Origin: Candidatus Zixiibacteriota bacterium
Lineage (GTDB): Bacteria; Zixibacteria; MSB-5A5; GN15; JAAZOE01
DNA: 64,000 bases
Direction of reading: 5' to 3'
NCBI GenBank assembly: GCA_043819555.1
Contig: JBDREQ010000025.1
Location: 162,244 to 226,243 of the forward strand
In this document: positions 18,506 through 28,273 of the stretch, piece after piece
Position numbering within the stretch: the first letter of the stretch is position 1
Layout of the letters: each line of letters begins with the position of its first letter
Program-made: the position numbers and the translations under genes
The notes under the pieces: model-generated
What the model was told of the DNA's origin: nothing
Databases searched by the model: none
Seen by the model: the letters and a program-made list of their open reading frames with translations, nothing else

Positions 18506-19376
18506 CGGTAGGGAAATAGCAGGTAAAATTAAACAAGAACTTAAGGCTGATATTGAAGATTTAAAATCGCATGGAGTCATACCAGGGTTGGTGGCGGTTC
18601 TTGTCGGAGATGATCCCGCGTCTCATCTATATGTTAACAGTAAAGCCAAAACCGCTCGCAAATTGGGTCTTTACAGCGAAGTTATTAAACGTGACGCCAA
18701 TATCTCTCGGGACGATTTGGTCAAGATAGTTAGTGAGCTTAATAATCGGGATGATATTCATGGTATATTGGTGCAATCACCGCTGCCGGATCATATCAAT
18801 GAAATGGATATCACGCTCACAATGGATCCTCTCAAAGATGTTGATGCTTTCCATCCCTTAAATATGGGCCACCTCCTGATAGGTGAACCCATTTTCCTCC
18901 CCTGTACTCCTTTTGGTGTCATCAAGATGATTGAAGATATCGGTGTCGATCCGAAAGGCAAAAAGGTGGTTGTGCTGGGTCGAAGTAATATCGTTGGGAA
19001 GCCCCTGGCTGCCATGCTAATGCAAAAATGGCAAGGATGCAATGCGACGGTCACTGTTTGCCATACCGGCACGGCCAATATTCCCGGCGAAACCATTCAA
19101 GCCGATATTATTATCGCCGCTATTGGAAAGGCCAATTTTGTTACCGCCGATATGATTAAAAAAGGCGCAATAATCATTGATGTTGGGCAAAACCAGGTCG
19201 AAGATAAAAATTCTCCAAAGGGCTATAAACTCTGTGGTGACGTTGACTTTGACGCGTGTTTGGAAAAGGCCGCAATGATAACGCCAGTGCCGGGCGGCGT
19301 AGGGCCGATGACAATTGCAATGCTAATGTATAATACAGTTAGGGCGGCCAGACTTAAGTTGTCCTATAGTAATTAA
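18480..19376 (+). CDS. folD: Bifunctional methylenetetrahydrofolate dehydrogenase/cyclohydrolase
   Basis: VGDDPAS, KDVDAFHP, PCTP, GRSNIVGKP, TPVPGGVGPMT. Confidence 0.97.
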   Translation: MSMQNKLINGREIAGKIKQELKADIEDLKSHGVIPGLVAVLVGDDPASHLYVNSKAKTARKLGLYSEVIKRDANISRDDLVKIVSELNNRDDIHGILVQSPLPDHINEMDITLTMDPLKDVDAFHPLNMGHLLIGEPIFLPCTPFGVIKMIEDIGVDPKGKKVVVLGRSNIVGKPLAAMLMQKWQGCNATVTVCHTGTANIPGETIQADIIIAAIGKANFVTADMIKKGAIIIDVGQNQVEDKNSPKGYKLCGDVDFDACLEKAAMITPVPGGVGPMTIAMLMYNTVRAARLKLSYSN

Positions 19377-19694
19377 TTGTCGGAATATTATAAAGCAATA
19401 CATTAGATTATATGTTGAAGCAGTCTACTGATTTATCATACTTTTAGATTTGTATTTTGAGTTCTTTGGCTTGCATAGATATAATGGCCTTGTGATTCTC
19501 ACTGCATTTAAAGCGCACTTGTTTGCAGCCATATTTTCATCCATGTTTTCGCCAGCTTATAAACAGATTTCACTTTTCCAAATGTGATTTTCCTCCCGGG
19601 CTAAGATGTTCGACTACAGGCGAATATAAGTTCGACAAATGCCTTTTATAATGAGGACATCTAATTGTTGCGGGAGTATCAAAAGATAATTCTA

Positions 19695-19710
19695 AGGCAT
19701 GGCTTTTGCT
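19695..19710 (+). promoter_or_regulatory. Putative sigma54 (-24/-12) promoter
   Basis: AGGCATGGCTTTTGCT, with GG at 19696-97, exactly 10 nt, then GC at 19708-09. Lies about 30 nt before the ATG at 19741. Confidence 0.55.
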
Positions 19711-19740
19711 TCATGGCTTTTGAATTAAATTTTTGGCCCT

Positions 19741-22700
19741 ATGAAAATGATAAAAAAAATATTTCTAATTTTCATATTCGTTCTTCCGATATCAGCCTTT
19801 GCGTCTGAAGGCGATTATTTTGATCTAAACCATTTCGATAGTCAATACCCTCCAGCGATTGACTCCGGAGATTATACTCTCAGCACATGGGAAATTCCTC
19901 CGGAGCTGGAAAATATAACTGATTCTCTCTCAAATTACATTGCCGGTCAAATGAGCTCTCATCAGGTTGGCTTTATTCTTCCAAAGAAATTATTCCTGCC
20001 CTATTGCATCTTTAAGAAAAGAAGAATCGTCATAACTTTCCCGCAGGAATTTGATTTATCGACAGTCTCGAAGGTATCCTATCGAGATGATGATACCACC
20101 GGATATAAGCCGGATATAACCGATATTTCAGTTTACTCATCGTCCGTTGTCATAGAAATCGTAGAAGATAAATATGAACGGCATGAGCCCCTGCAGGTTT
20201 ATTTTTCAATTGATTCCATTGCCAATCCGACTCGCAGCGGTGATTTTAGAGTAGTGGTTCGAGTGGATAATATCTTCAGGTGGACAATTGCCGGACCGAA
20301 TTTCAGCGATTTCTTTACCATAATTCCTGATGTACCGGCCAGCCTCTCGATAACTCCTGCCGAAGACCTGGCGCTCATGGCTGGTGAGACAGTTACATTT
20401 GAATCAAATATTGTGGACCAATATGGCAATATGATTTACCCTAATTCAGCGGAATGGATGCTTGATGAAAGTTTAGATCCCATTGGCAACTTATTTGGTT
20501 CGACCCTTCAGGCGACTACCGTCGGAACCGGTCGTGTTATCGCTACTGCCGGTGATTTGACTGCCTATTCGGGAGAGATTAATGTTTCACCGGGAGAAAC
20601 GGCCCGGATTATTGTCGAGCATGAATCTGAAACGGTAAATGCCGGAGCTCCTCTAATTAACGATATAGCGATTACTCTGACCGATAGTTTTGGAAATCGC
20701 GAATTTGATTATATCGGATCAGTCTGGTATGAAAGTGACGATACCGAAGCGGAGATTATTTATGATGTTTCAAATCCTTATCAGTTTACTGCACAGGATC
20801 AGGGGCGAAGAGTCTTTTCTAGTAGCGGGTTTATTTTCAAGACGGCGGGGCAGAGGGTACTATTAGTCAAAGAAGAATCCGGATTATCCTCATCCATTGA
20901 CAATATCTTTATTATATCGGAACCGGGCCAATTGGCCGATTTTGATGTATCGTTTTCACAAAATACGAGGGCTGGTGATCCCCTGGCCGTCTCAATTTCA
21001 AATGCCGTCGATTCGGGTGGAAATCCATTCACCGGCGTTATAAATATTACCGGCGGGAACAATGCTCCTGACGGCAGCGAACCAATCCTCAATAGTATTT
21101 ATGTAAATTATGGCTCTGGAAGTATTGATCTTCGTCTCTTTGCGGCCGGAATCAATCATCTGGTATTATCTCACGAATCTATTGAGCGCGACTATGAAAT
21201 AAATATCCTTCCGGCTCAAACAACCCGCATGGATTTGGTAGTTGAAGAAACTCAGTTTATTGGCAATAATCTTCTGGGCGGATTGACGGTTACTGTATTT
21301 GACCGATTTGAAAATCTTAAAACCGATTATAACGAAGTTGGCAGTGAACTCCATTTTGACTCAGAAACTGGCGAGTTTACTCCGGGAGCGATTCAACGTT
21401 CAAAATTCATTAATGGCGTCGCGGAAATTACAGAAATATCATTCGACGGCCAACCGGGACCGACTGTACTGATGGTAGAAATGGTAGTCAATGGCGAGCC
21501 GTTAATTGAATCTACTGAGTTCTATGCCAATGGGATAACAATTGAGAGGGGGAATTATGCTCCTGCAGCATCAATTATACCGGAAAAGTGGAATACCCCA
21601 GTAAGGGCTTTTAGTAATAACTTTGGAAATGTAACTCCCATATATATTGAATATCGAGCGGGGATAGTTGATGAAACCGAGTTTAAAATTATTAGCAATA
21701 CCCACCAAACTTGTCTACCTGAACCAGGCGAAATCGACATGTGTCGAATTTTTGACAACATTTTTGCCAACATTAATCCCGGAAATTATGAATATTTAAT
21801 CTCTGCAGAAGCACACTATCAATTAGATGATATGGTTTTTATTGTACAAACCGAATTTTCACACAATTTTGAAATAGTCCCCTTTACTCCCTTCGAGGTA
21901 ATTTCAACAAATTTGCCAGATACGGCCTTTCAATATGAATACAATATGCCCGGCGAGCTTACTATTAAGAATGATAATACTTATGAACAAGCATATCAAT
22001 TTGATGTAAACTTGAGGATTGTTAAAGATTCAAAATCCTATTCTTTGTCGCATGTTTTAATCAAAGATTTCAATTGGGATCCAGAAATTAGTTTAAGCCC
22101 AATGCTTCTGTTTAGAGAAACTTTCTTATTCGGAATATACGATTATGTGACGAATATCAGTTCAACAATTCGCTATCAGGATAATTCTATTGTGAAATAT
22201 GGTGGGGATATCAACATCGATAAAACCCTCTCCATCCTCCCGCGTGCAGATATTTTAGTCAATGATAATGCCATCACCCCTACTTCGGCAGTGGCCGGTT
22301 CGGCGGTTTCTTTTACTATACCTCTCAAGCTGATTGGTTCATCATCAATTAATCTAAATGGCTCCGAAACTCAGTTGATTGTCACTGATGGCTCAATCAG
22401 CAGTTCCGTTCGGCTATTGGAAGATGAATATTTCATGCATCCGGGAGTGACCAACATTGCCAGCGCGCCTCTCACAATTCCGGAAGAATGGATTGGAAAG
22501 ACGCTAACCGCAAAATTACTACTAAACGGCATCGAAGCCGACATTATCCCGGTTTACGACATAAAATCATTTGCGTTTCCCGTTACGATTGTCGGCAGTC
22601 AATATATGAGCATTGGTCATCTATCCATCAAATCTCCCAACGCACCATATGTCAACATCAGCCAGGAATTCGGCATCGGCGGCTATGTTATCAATAATTC

Positions 22701-24084
22701 ACCGGAAGACTTTGAAGAACCGTTGACAATCGGTTTATTTTCCGATGGTGCATCTATTGTATTCGAGCCGGTGGATATTTTTTCCGTTCCTGCAAATGAC
22801 TCAGTAGAGGTTTTATTCGGTATCATGGCCGCTGCCAATCCCAATCCGGCCGAACGATTTTATATGGTTCCTCTATCCGGTCAGGATGTTTTGCAGCCGC
22901 GTCCGGATAATAATATTGTCACCGTCATTCAAACTCCGGCCGAAATAATATTTGATGCTGAATTTGTCGAGCGCTCCGGTTCTATCGCAATACTTGATTA
23001 TGCCGAAGATTTTTCAATTATGGCGCAATATCGAAATAATGGTCAGGCCGAAATCGAGGGAGGGACTCTGATTCTGTATTATGCCGGTTCCGGTAATTTT
23101 GGCGTCAGTTTTCCGATAGAACTACCCCTTAACGAAGAACTCAGCTGGAATCTTACCTCACCGGCGATGGAACTTATATCAGAATTTGTAATCGAGTGGG
23201 GCGAGTTGCCGATTGATAAAAACACCGGTAAAGCGGTAAAAGATTTGAGTCAGCCAGTCGTATTGCCATTCATGGTCAAAGCCTCGATTACCAAGCTGGT
23301 TATCCAACCCGATTCATTCGATACTAAGCCACTTGTCAGAGATGCCACCGCAGTACTTTTCAAATTATCGATGGAAAATGTATCCAATGATATTCGCAAT
23401 ACGATTAAGATTAACACGATTACCATTACCGTCACCGACCGCGACGGGAAACAGATTAACGGAGAGTATTTGGTTACTGAATCCGGCTCGGCTTTTTATC
23501 TTGATGACCAGCCAATAACTTCCCTTGAGCTAGTCGATGGTAAATTAGCCTATAGTTTTACGAATCTAGTAGTTCCGCCCGGCGAAAAAGAAATTATCGA
23601 ACTGCGTTTTACTCCCAAAGTTGACGCCTTTTTTGATTTCTTCAATATGCGCCTTGAGAGCGCTGATATTTTTGCCGAATTTGCATCCGGACCGAGGCTT
23701 GGCGAGAAGGTTACTGTGACCGGAATTTTGGATAGAGCCTTCGAGATAAATTTACCACAAGCAATTATCGCGACTGAATTTGGCGAATCATTCAAAAACT
23801 ATCCGAATCCGTTCAATCCCAACTTTGAAGAAACCGAGTTCATTTATAATCTCCCGACTGATTCAGATGTCGATATTTATATCTATTCCGCTACCGGCGC
23901 ACGGGTTCGTCATCTTCATTATGATGCCGGCAGCGTTGGAGGCCAATCGGATCAATTGGCGCGAGCCTATTGGGACGGCCGCAACGGCAATGGCGATGTC
24001 GTCCTCAACGGAATCTATTTCGCCTATATTGAAGTCGCCGAAGGCAACCTCACGTCCAAAGTAAAAATAGCGGTGGTGAAATGA
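19741..24084 (+). CDS. Large secreted beta-rich (Ig-like) surface protein with C-terminal T9SS-like/FlgD-Ig sorting domain
   Basis: Signal peptide (...ISAFA-SE), acidic beta-sandwich-like body (DQYGN, DSFGN), C-terminal NYPNPFNP...IYIYSATG...WDGRNGNGDVVLNGIY...KIAVVK*. Confidence 0.75.
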   Translation: MKMIKKIFLIFIFVLPISAFASEGDYFDLNHFDSQYPPAIDSGDYTLSTWEIPPELENITDSLSNYIAGQMSSHQVGFILPKKLFLPYCIFKKRRIVITFPQEFDLSTVSKVSYRDDDTTGYKPDITDISVYSSSVVIEIVEDKYERHEPLQVYFSIDSIANPTRSGDFRVVVRVDNIFRWTIAGPNFSDFFTIIPDVPASLSITPAEDLALMAGETVTFESNIVDQYGNMIYPNSAEWMLDESLDPIGNLFGSTLQATTVGTGRVIATAGDLTAYSGEINVSPGETARIIVEHESETVNAGAPLINDIAITLTDSFGNREFDYIGSVWYESDDTEAEIIYDVSNPYQFTAQDQGRRVFSSSGFIFKTAGQRVLLVKEESGLSSSIDNIFIISEPGQLADFDVSFSQNTRAGDPLAVSISNAVDSGGNPFTGVINITGGNNAPDGSEPILNSIYVNYGSGSIDLRLFAAGINHLVLSHESIERDYEINILPAQTTRMDLVVEETQFIGNNLLGGLTVTVFDRFENLKTDYNEVGSELHFDSETGEFTPGAIQRSKFINGVAEITEISFDGQPGPTVLMVEMVVNGEPLIESTEFYANGITIERGNYAPAASIIPEKWNTPVRAFSNNFGNVTPIYIEYRAGIVDETEFKIISNTHQTCLPEPGEIDMCRIFDNIFANINPGNYEYLISAEAHYQLDDMVFIVQTEFSHNFEIVPFTPFEVISTNLPDTAFQYEYNMPGELTIKNDNTYEQAYQFDVNLRIVKDSKSYSLSHVLIKDFNWDPEISLSPMLLFRETFLFGIYDYVTNISSTIRYQDNSIVKYGGDINIDKTLSILPRADILVNDNAITPTSAVAGSAVSFTIPLKLIGSSSINLNGSETQLIVTDGSISSSVRLLEDEYFMHPGVTNIASAPLTIPEEWIGKTLTAKLLLNGIEADIIPVYDIKSFAFPVTIVGSQYMSIGHLSIKSPNAPYVNISQEFGIGGYVINNSPEDFEEPLTIGLFSDGASIVFEPVDIFSVPANDSVEVLFGIMAAANPNPAERFYMVPLSGQDVLQPRPDNNIVTVIQTPAEIIFDAEFVERSGSIAILDYAEDFSIMAQYRNNGQAEIEGGTLILYYAGSGNFGVSFPIELPLNEELSWNLTSPAMELISEFVIEWGELPIDKNTGKAVKDLSQPVVLPFMVKASITKLVIQPDSFDTKPLVRDATAVLFKLSMENVSNDIRNTIKINTITITVTDRDGKQINGEYLVTESGSAFYLDDQPITSLELVDGKLAYSFTNLVVPPGEKEIIELRFTPKVDAFFDFFNMRLESADIFAEFASGPRLGEKVTVTGILDRAFEINLPQAIIATEFGESFKNYPNPFNPNFEETEFIYNLPTDSDVDIYIYSATGARVRHLHYDAGSVGGQSDQLARAYWDGRNGNGDVVLNGIYFAYIEVAEGNLTSKVKIAVVK

Positions 24085-25901
24085 TGCGGAAAATTATTTT
24101 CATATTCATTTTCACCATGACCTTCATCTCGGCCAATGTCTGGTCGGGCGATGACGGCGGTACCGAGTCGGTATTCAGTATTGGCGGAGGCGCTCGTGCG
24201 ATGGGTATGGGAAATGGATTTATCGGACTGGCCGATGATGCTACCGCCATTTATTACAATCCGGCCGGATTGACATCGCTGCAGACTCAACAGGTGTCGT
24301 TCCTCCACGCCGTGTTGTTTGAGGAAACTACTTATGATTTCATAGCTTACGCTTATCCCTCAACCTGGGGGACTTTTGGTTTCGCCGGGATGAGAATCGG
24401 CACCGATGATATCGGCCGGCGTGGCTCTGATTATTATGATCTGGGTAGATTCTCCGCATCGCAAATGCAGTTACTCTTATCATATAGTCGATCTTTCCAT
24501 AACCGATATTCGGCTGGGTTAACATTCAAAATGAATCATCAATCAATTGACAATTATTCGGCATACGGATTTGGTTTTGATCTGGGCGGGCGGGCGAAAA
24601 TTATTGAAAATCTCTATGCCGGTGCAGTTGTTCAGGATGTTATCGGAGCCAATATGCAATTGATAAGCGAAAAAGAAAGAACTCCGATTACTTATAAGAC
24701 TGGATTATCTTATTTAGTTTCAAAGAAAAATTTCCCGGTAACTGGCCGCATAAATTTGGATTTGGAAAAGCCGGAAAATCGCTCCGTCAAATTGCGCACC
24801 GGATTTGAAGCATTGCATAATTCCGGTCTGGCCCTGCGGGCCGGGTATGACCGCGACAATCCATCACTGGGGATGGGCATACAATATCAAAATCTGTTTG
24901 TCGATTACGCCTATAAATTTGTTGATCATTTGAGTGACAGCCATCGCTTCTCATTCACGCTTAATTTTGGAATAACTCAAGAACAAAGTAATGCGCAGAG
25001 GGAGACATCCGAAAAAGAAAATATTCAAAATGCTTTGGCAGAAAATCGAAAACTGGCGCTCACAAAATATCTCAATCAAGCTAATGATTTCTATGATGCC
25101 GAAATGTACGATTCGGCAATGGCCGCATATTTCCGGGCTGATGCTTATTCCGAAGACGAAGATAGAGAATTTATCACTTCACGGATTGAAGAAATAAATA
25201 TCACCCTTGGCGGGTTGAACGGCTATCCGTCACGAACCGACACAATCATAACCGGAAATACCGGAGTCGATTTAATTACTCAGGCCAGGATTTTATTCGA
25301 AGAAGGCGCCCTGATTCCGGCCCGAGATATGGTTCGTGTGGCCCGCCGATATAATATTCAATCTGCAGACCTCGACACTCTCGATTTGGCGGTTAACTTT
25401 GCCATCAATAGAAAAATCAATACCAACCTTGAAATTGCCAATTCATCATTCGATAATGGCGATTATGTTACGGCTTATGATAAATATAATACCGTCCTCA
25501 TGTACGATTTCCAGAATGAACTGGGCCGAACGGGATCACAGTTGGCTGAGAAAAAACTCAATCTGGCTCAGCATTTAAATCTCGGACTGGAATATTACAA
25601 TCAAGGCAAGTACATATCTTCACAGCGCACTCTGCGGATGGTTCTTGGTTTGAATCCAGGGAACAAAACCGCGCAGGAATATTTGGATAAGATTGCCGAA
25701 CGAATTCATCAATCGCCTTCGCTTGAAGACCTTCAAAAAGATACCCGGATTTGGAATGTTTATCTCGAAGGTCTCGAATCCTTCCGTCGCGGCGAATATG
25801 AAAACGCGATTCGCCTTTGGGAAAACGTCCTGGAAGTTTATCCAAACAACAGAAATACCATTGAGAATATCGAGCAGGCTCGACTGCGCCTCAAAAAATA
25901 G
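24081..25901 (+). CDS. PorV/PorQ-family outer-membrane beta-barrel fused to C-terminal TPR repeats
   Basis: Signal peptide and GARAMGMGNGFIGLADDATAIYYNPAGL signature. The barrel ends near HRFSFTLNFG and is followed by about 300 aa of TPR-like helices. ATGA overlap with the upstream gene. Confidence 0.8.
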   Translation: MMRKIIFIFIFTMTFISANVWSGDDGGTESVFSIGGGARAMGMGNGFIGLADDATAIYYNPAGLTSLQTQQVSFLHAVLFEETTYDFIAYAYPSTWGTFGFAGMRIGTDDIGRRGSDYYDLGRFSASQMQLLLSYSRSFHNRYSAGLTFKMNHQSIDNYSAYGFGFDLGGRAKIIENLYAGAVVQDVIGANMQLISEKERTPITYKTGLSYLVSKKNFPVTGRINLDLEKPENRSVKLRTGFEALHNSGLALRAGYDRDNPSLGMGIQYQNLFVDYAYKFVDHLSDSHRFSFTLNFGITQEQSNAQRETSEKENIQNALAENRKLALTKYLNQANDFYDAEMYDSAMAAYFRADAYSEDEDREFITSRIEEINITLGGLNGYPSRTDTIITGNTGVDLITQARILFEEGALIPARDMVRVARRYNIQSADLDTLDLAVNFAINRKINTNLEIANSSFDNGDYVTAYDKYNTVLMYDFQNELGRTGSQLAEKKLNLAQHLNLGLEYYNQGKYISSQRTLRMVLGLNPGNKTAQEYLDKIAERIHQSPSLEDLQKDTRIWNVYLEGLESFRRGEYENAIRLWENVLEVYPNNRNTIENIEQARLRLKK

Positions 25902-26002
25902 ATTGCGAACGAATTAACCAATTGCGCCAAAAGCCTTAAAAAATAAGGGTTTGATGGAATTTTTATTGATTTAATCACTCCTTTTTTTACTACATTGAAT
26001 TT

Positions 26003-28045
26003 ATGTTCCGAAAGCCAATTAGAGAAACAGTGGCCGCATTTCCGGCTCAGGAAAACCAACTGGCCGGATTGAGGAAAACGGTTGAGGAAATTTGTCTTCA
26101 GGCTAATCTGTCCTCCAAAGATATCAATAATATAGCCCTGGCCATTGAAGAAGGCGCGACCAATATTATCCGCCACGCTTATATGTTCAGCGAAGGCGAA
26201 ATACGGCTTAAGGTCGGCGTGTTTAAGCACTCGATAGTATTTTCATTATTCGATAACGGCAAATCATTTCAACCTCCCGATAAATCAAAACTCGATCTGA
26301 AAAAAATGGCTGCCACAGGAAGAAAAGGCGGACTCGGCTTTTATCTCCTTAATAAAGTTATGGATCGTGTCGACTATTTTTCTCTTGAAGGCGAAAATGA
26401 ACTTCGAATGACGAAATTTTTATCCGAGCAGGGAGAAAAGGAACTGGAATGGGGAGGGGGATTATCGCTCCGCGTCAAATTTTCAGCCTTTACATTTCTG
26501 ATTGTTCTGGTACTTGTTATCGGCGCCTATATTTATATCAATTCACGCTCCGTTCAATACATACAATCACAACTTGAAAATACCGTCAAAGCTCTTAGCA
26601 GTACGATCACATCGCAAGCCTCCGGTTTCATTATTAACCGCCGCTCCGATGCGGAATTTGATGAATTAGTTGTATCTTATCAGCGGGCCAATGAAATTGT
26701 ACGGGCCGTAATTATTGTCGATACCAACGGCATAATAATCGCTGATTCCCGCGGGCCGACCCGGTTATATACTAAGCTAGAAGATAAGCTATTACTTTTT
26801 ATTGATAGAACTGAGGATAACAAAATATTCCCTTTTGAGGAAGGGCAACAAGTAATAGTAAGTCAAATAAATTTGGGAGGTTCTAATCTCGGATCAGTAG
26901 TTTTGGCATATTCATCGCTGGTCATGGAAGCGAAATTAAAAGATGCAAGAGAAATAATTTTAATTATTACCGCTCTTGGTTTACTTATTGGCATTACCGG
27001 AATTTATCTACTGTCGAATTATTTTGTTCGTCCCATCGGGCGAATCGTATATCGGGTTCGCAAATTTGCCGAAGGTGATCTGGAAAGCCAACTGCCACTC
27101 AAAGGAGCCGGAGAGTTCTACGAGATTTCCAAGGCGCTCAATGAATTAATCATGAGGATGCGCCGCGATCGGAAAAATATTATCGAGCGGGAAATCATGC
27201 AAAAGGAGATGCAGTTGGCCGAGGAAATCCAGAAAGCCCTTATCCCGACGCAGTTGCCTTCCATTGAGGGTTTTGATTTCGGCGCGATTTATAAATCCGC
27301 CCGAATGGTTGGCGGAGATCTATTTGATTTTGTCGAGATAAGCGAGCATACTTTTGGCGTGGTTGTCGCTGATGTGTCCGGTAAAGGCGTCCCGGGATCT
27401 CTGGTAATGTCAATGGTCAGAACGGCTATTAGACTGGAAGCCCGAAATTCCCAATCGGCCCGGGAAGTTTTGATAAAGGTCAATGATTATGTCTCCGGCA
27501 ATATCAAATCAGGAATATTCGTCACAATCCTGCTGGCAATTGTAAATACAAAGTCCGGGAAAATAAATTTCGCTTCGGCCGGCCACAACCCTCTTCTGCA
27601 CTTCAAACATAGTACCAGTGAGGCCAATTTTATCAATTCAGGGGGGATGCCGGTGGGATTGAAGTCGGGCCGCAATAAGTTTACTGAGGCGATAAAATCA
27701 TCCGAATTGGAATTAAAAGAAAACGACTTCATCGTTATTTATACCGATGGAGTAACCGAGGAGCGTGGCCGAAGCGACAAGGCTTACGGTACAGACAGAA
27801 TTGTTGAAATTCTCAAAGAAAATCAGTCAGAATCCGCCGAAAATATTGCGCGTTTATTCGAATCAGACATTGCCCGATTTGTCGGCAAGAACGATCAGCA
27901 CGATGATATTACAATGGTAATTCTCAAGAAATGCCCTCCGGCCGGACTCCCGAGAGAACCGCAGGCCAACAAAGATAAATCGACGCACCAAAATATCAAT
28001 ATCGATTCAATTAGTGTAAAATCAAAAACAGCACCCAAAAAATAA
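26003..28045 (+). CDS. Membrane-spanning fusion: RsbW-type anti-sigma kinase - TM - sensor loop - TM - HAMP - SpoIIE/PP2C phosphatase
   Basis: LAIEEGATNIIRHAY, DNGKSF, GGLGFYLL; two hydrophobic helices; HAMP (RPIGRI...GDL...EFYEISKALN); GGDLFDF, ADVSGKG, SAGHNP, YTDGVTE, DDIT. Confidence 0.88.
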   Translation: MFRKPIRETVAAFPAQENQLAGLRKTVEEICLQANLSSKDINNIALAIEEGATNIIRHAYMFSEGEIRLKVGVFKHSIVFSLFDNGKSFQPPDKSKLDLKKMAATGRKGGLGFYLLNKVMDRVDYFSLEGENELRMTKFLSEQGEKELEWGGGLSLRVKFSAFTFLIVLVLVIGAYIYINSRSVQYIQSQLENTVKALSSTITSQASGFIINRRSDAEFDELVVSYQRANEIVRAVIIVDTNGIIIADSRGPTRLYTKLEDKLLLFIDRTEDNKIFPFEEGQQVIVSQINLGGSNLGSVVLAYSSLVMEAKLKDAREIILIITALGLLIGITGIYLLSNYFVRPIGRIVYRVRKFAEGDLESQLPLKGAGEFYEISKALNELIMRMRRDRKNIIEREIMQKEMQLAEEIQKALIPTQLPSIEGFDFGAIYKSARMVGGDLFDFVEISEHTFGVVVADVSGKGVPGSLVMSMVRTAIRLEARNSQSAREVLIKVNDYVSGNIKSGIFVTILLAIVNTKSGKINFASAGHNPLLHFKHSTSEANFINSGGMPVGLKSGRNKFTEAIKSSELELKENDFIVIYTDGVTEERGRSDKAYGTDRIVEILKENQSESAENIARLFESDIARFVGKNDQHDDITMVILKKCPPAGLPREPQANKDKSTHQNINIDSISVKSKTAPKK

Positions 28046-28273
28046 TCTAAACCAAGACTATTTTTTTTACCCCAGGAATAATTTCTCGGCCTTTCGAATT
28101 TTATAAATGCGAAATATTGGCGTAACGCGTTAAGAGTTATATACATGGAAGCACAGGTTGTATTTTGTGTTGGACAGTTATGCCCGTTTTTTGTTGACAA
28201 ATTCCCATTCTGACTTATTCTATATAATGAAGCAAAGTTTGCTAGAGTTTTTCATCAAAATTAGACAGGTTGG

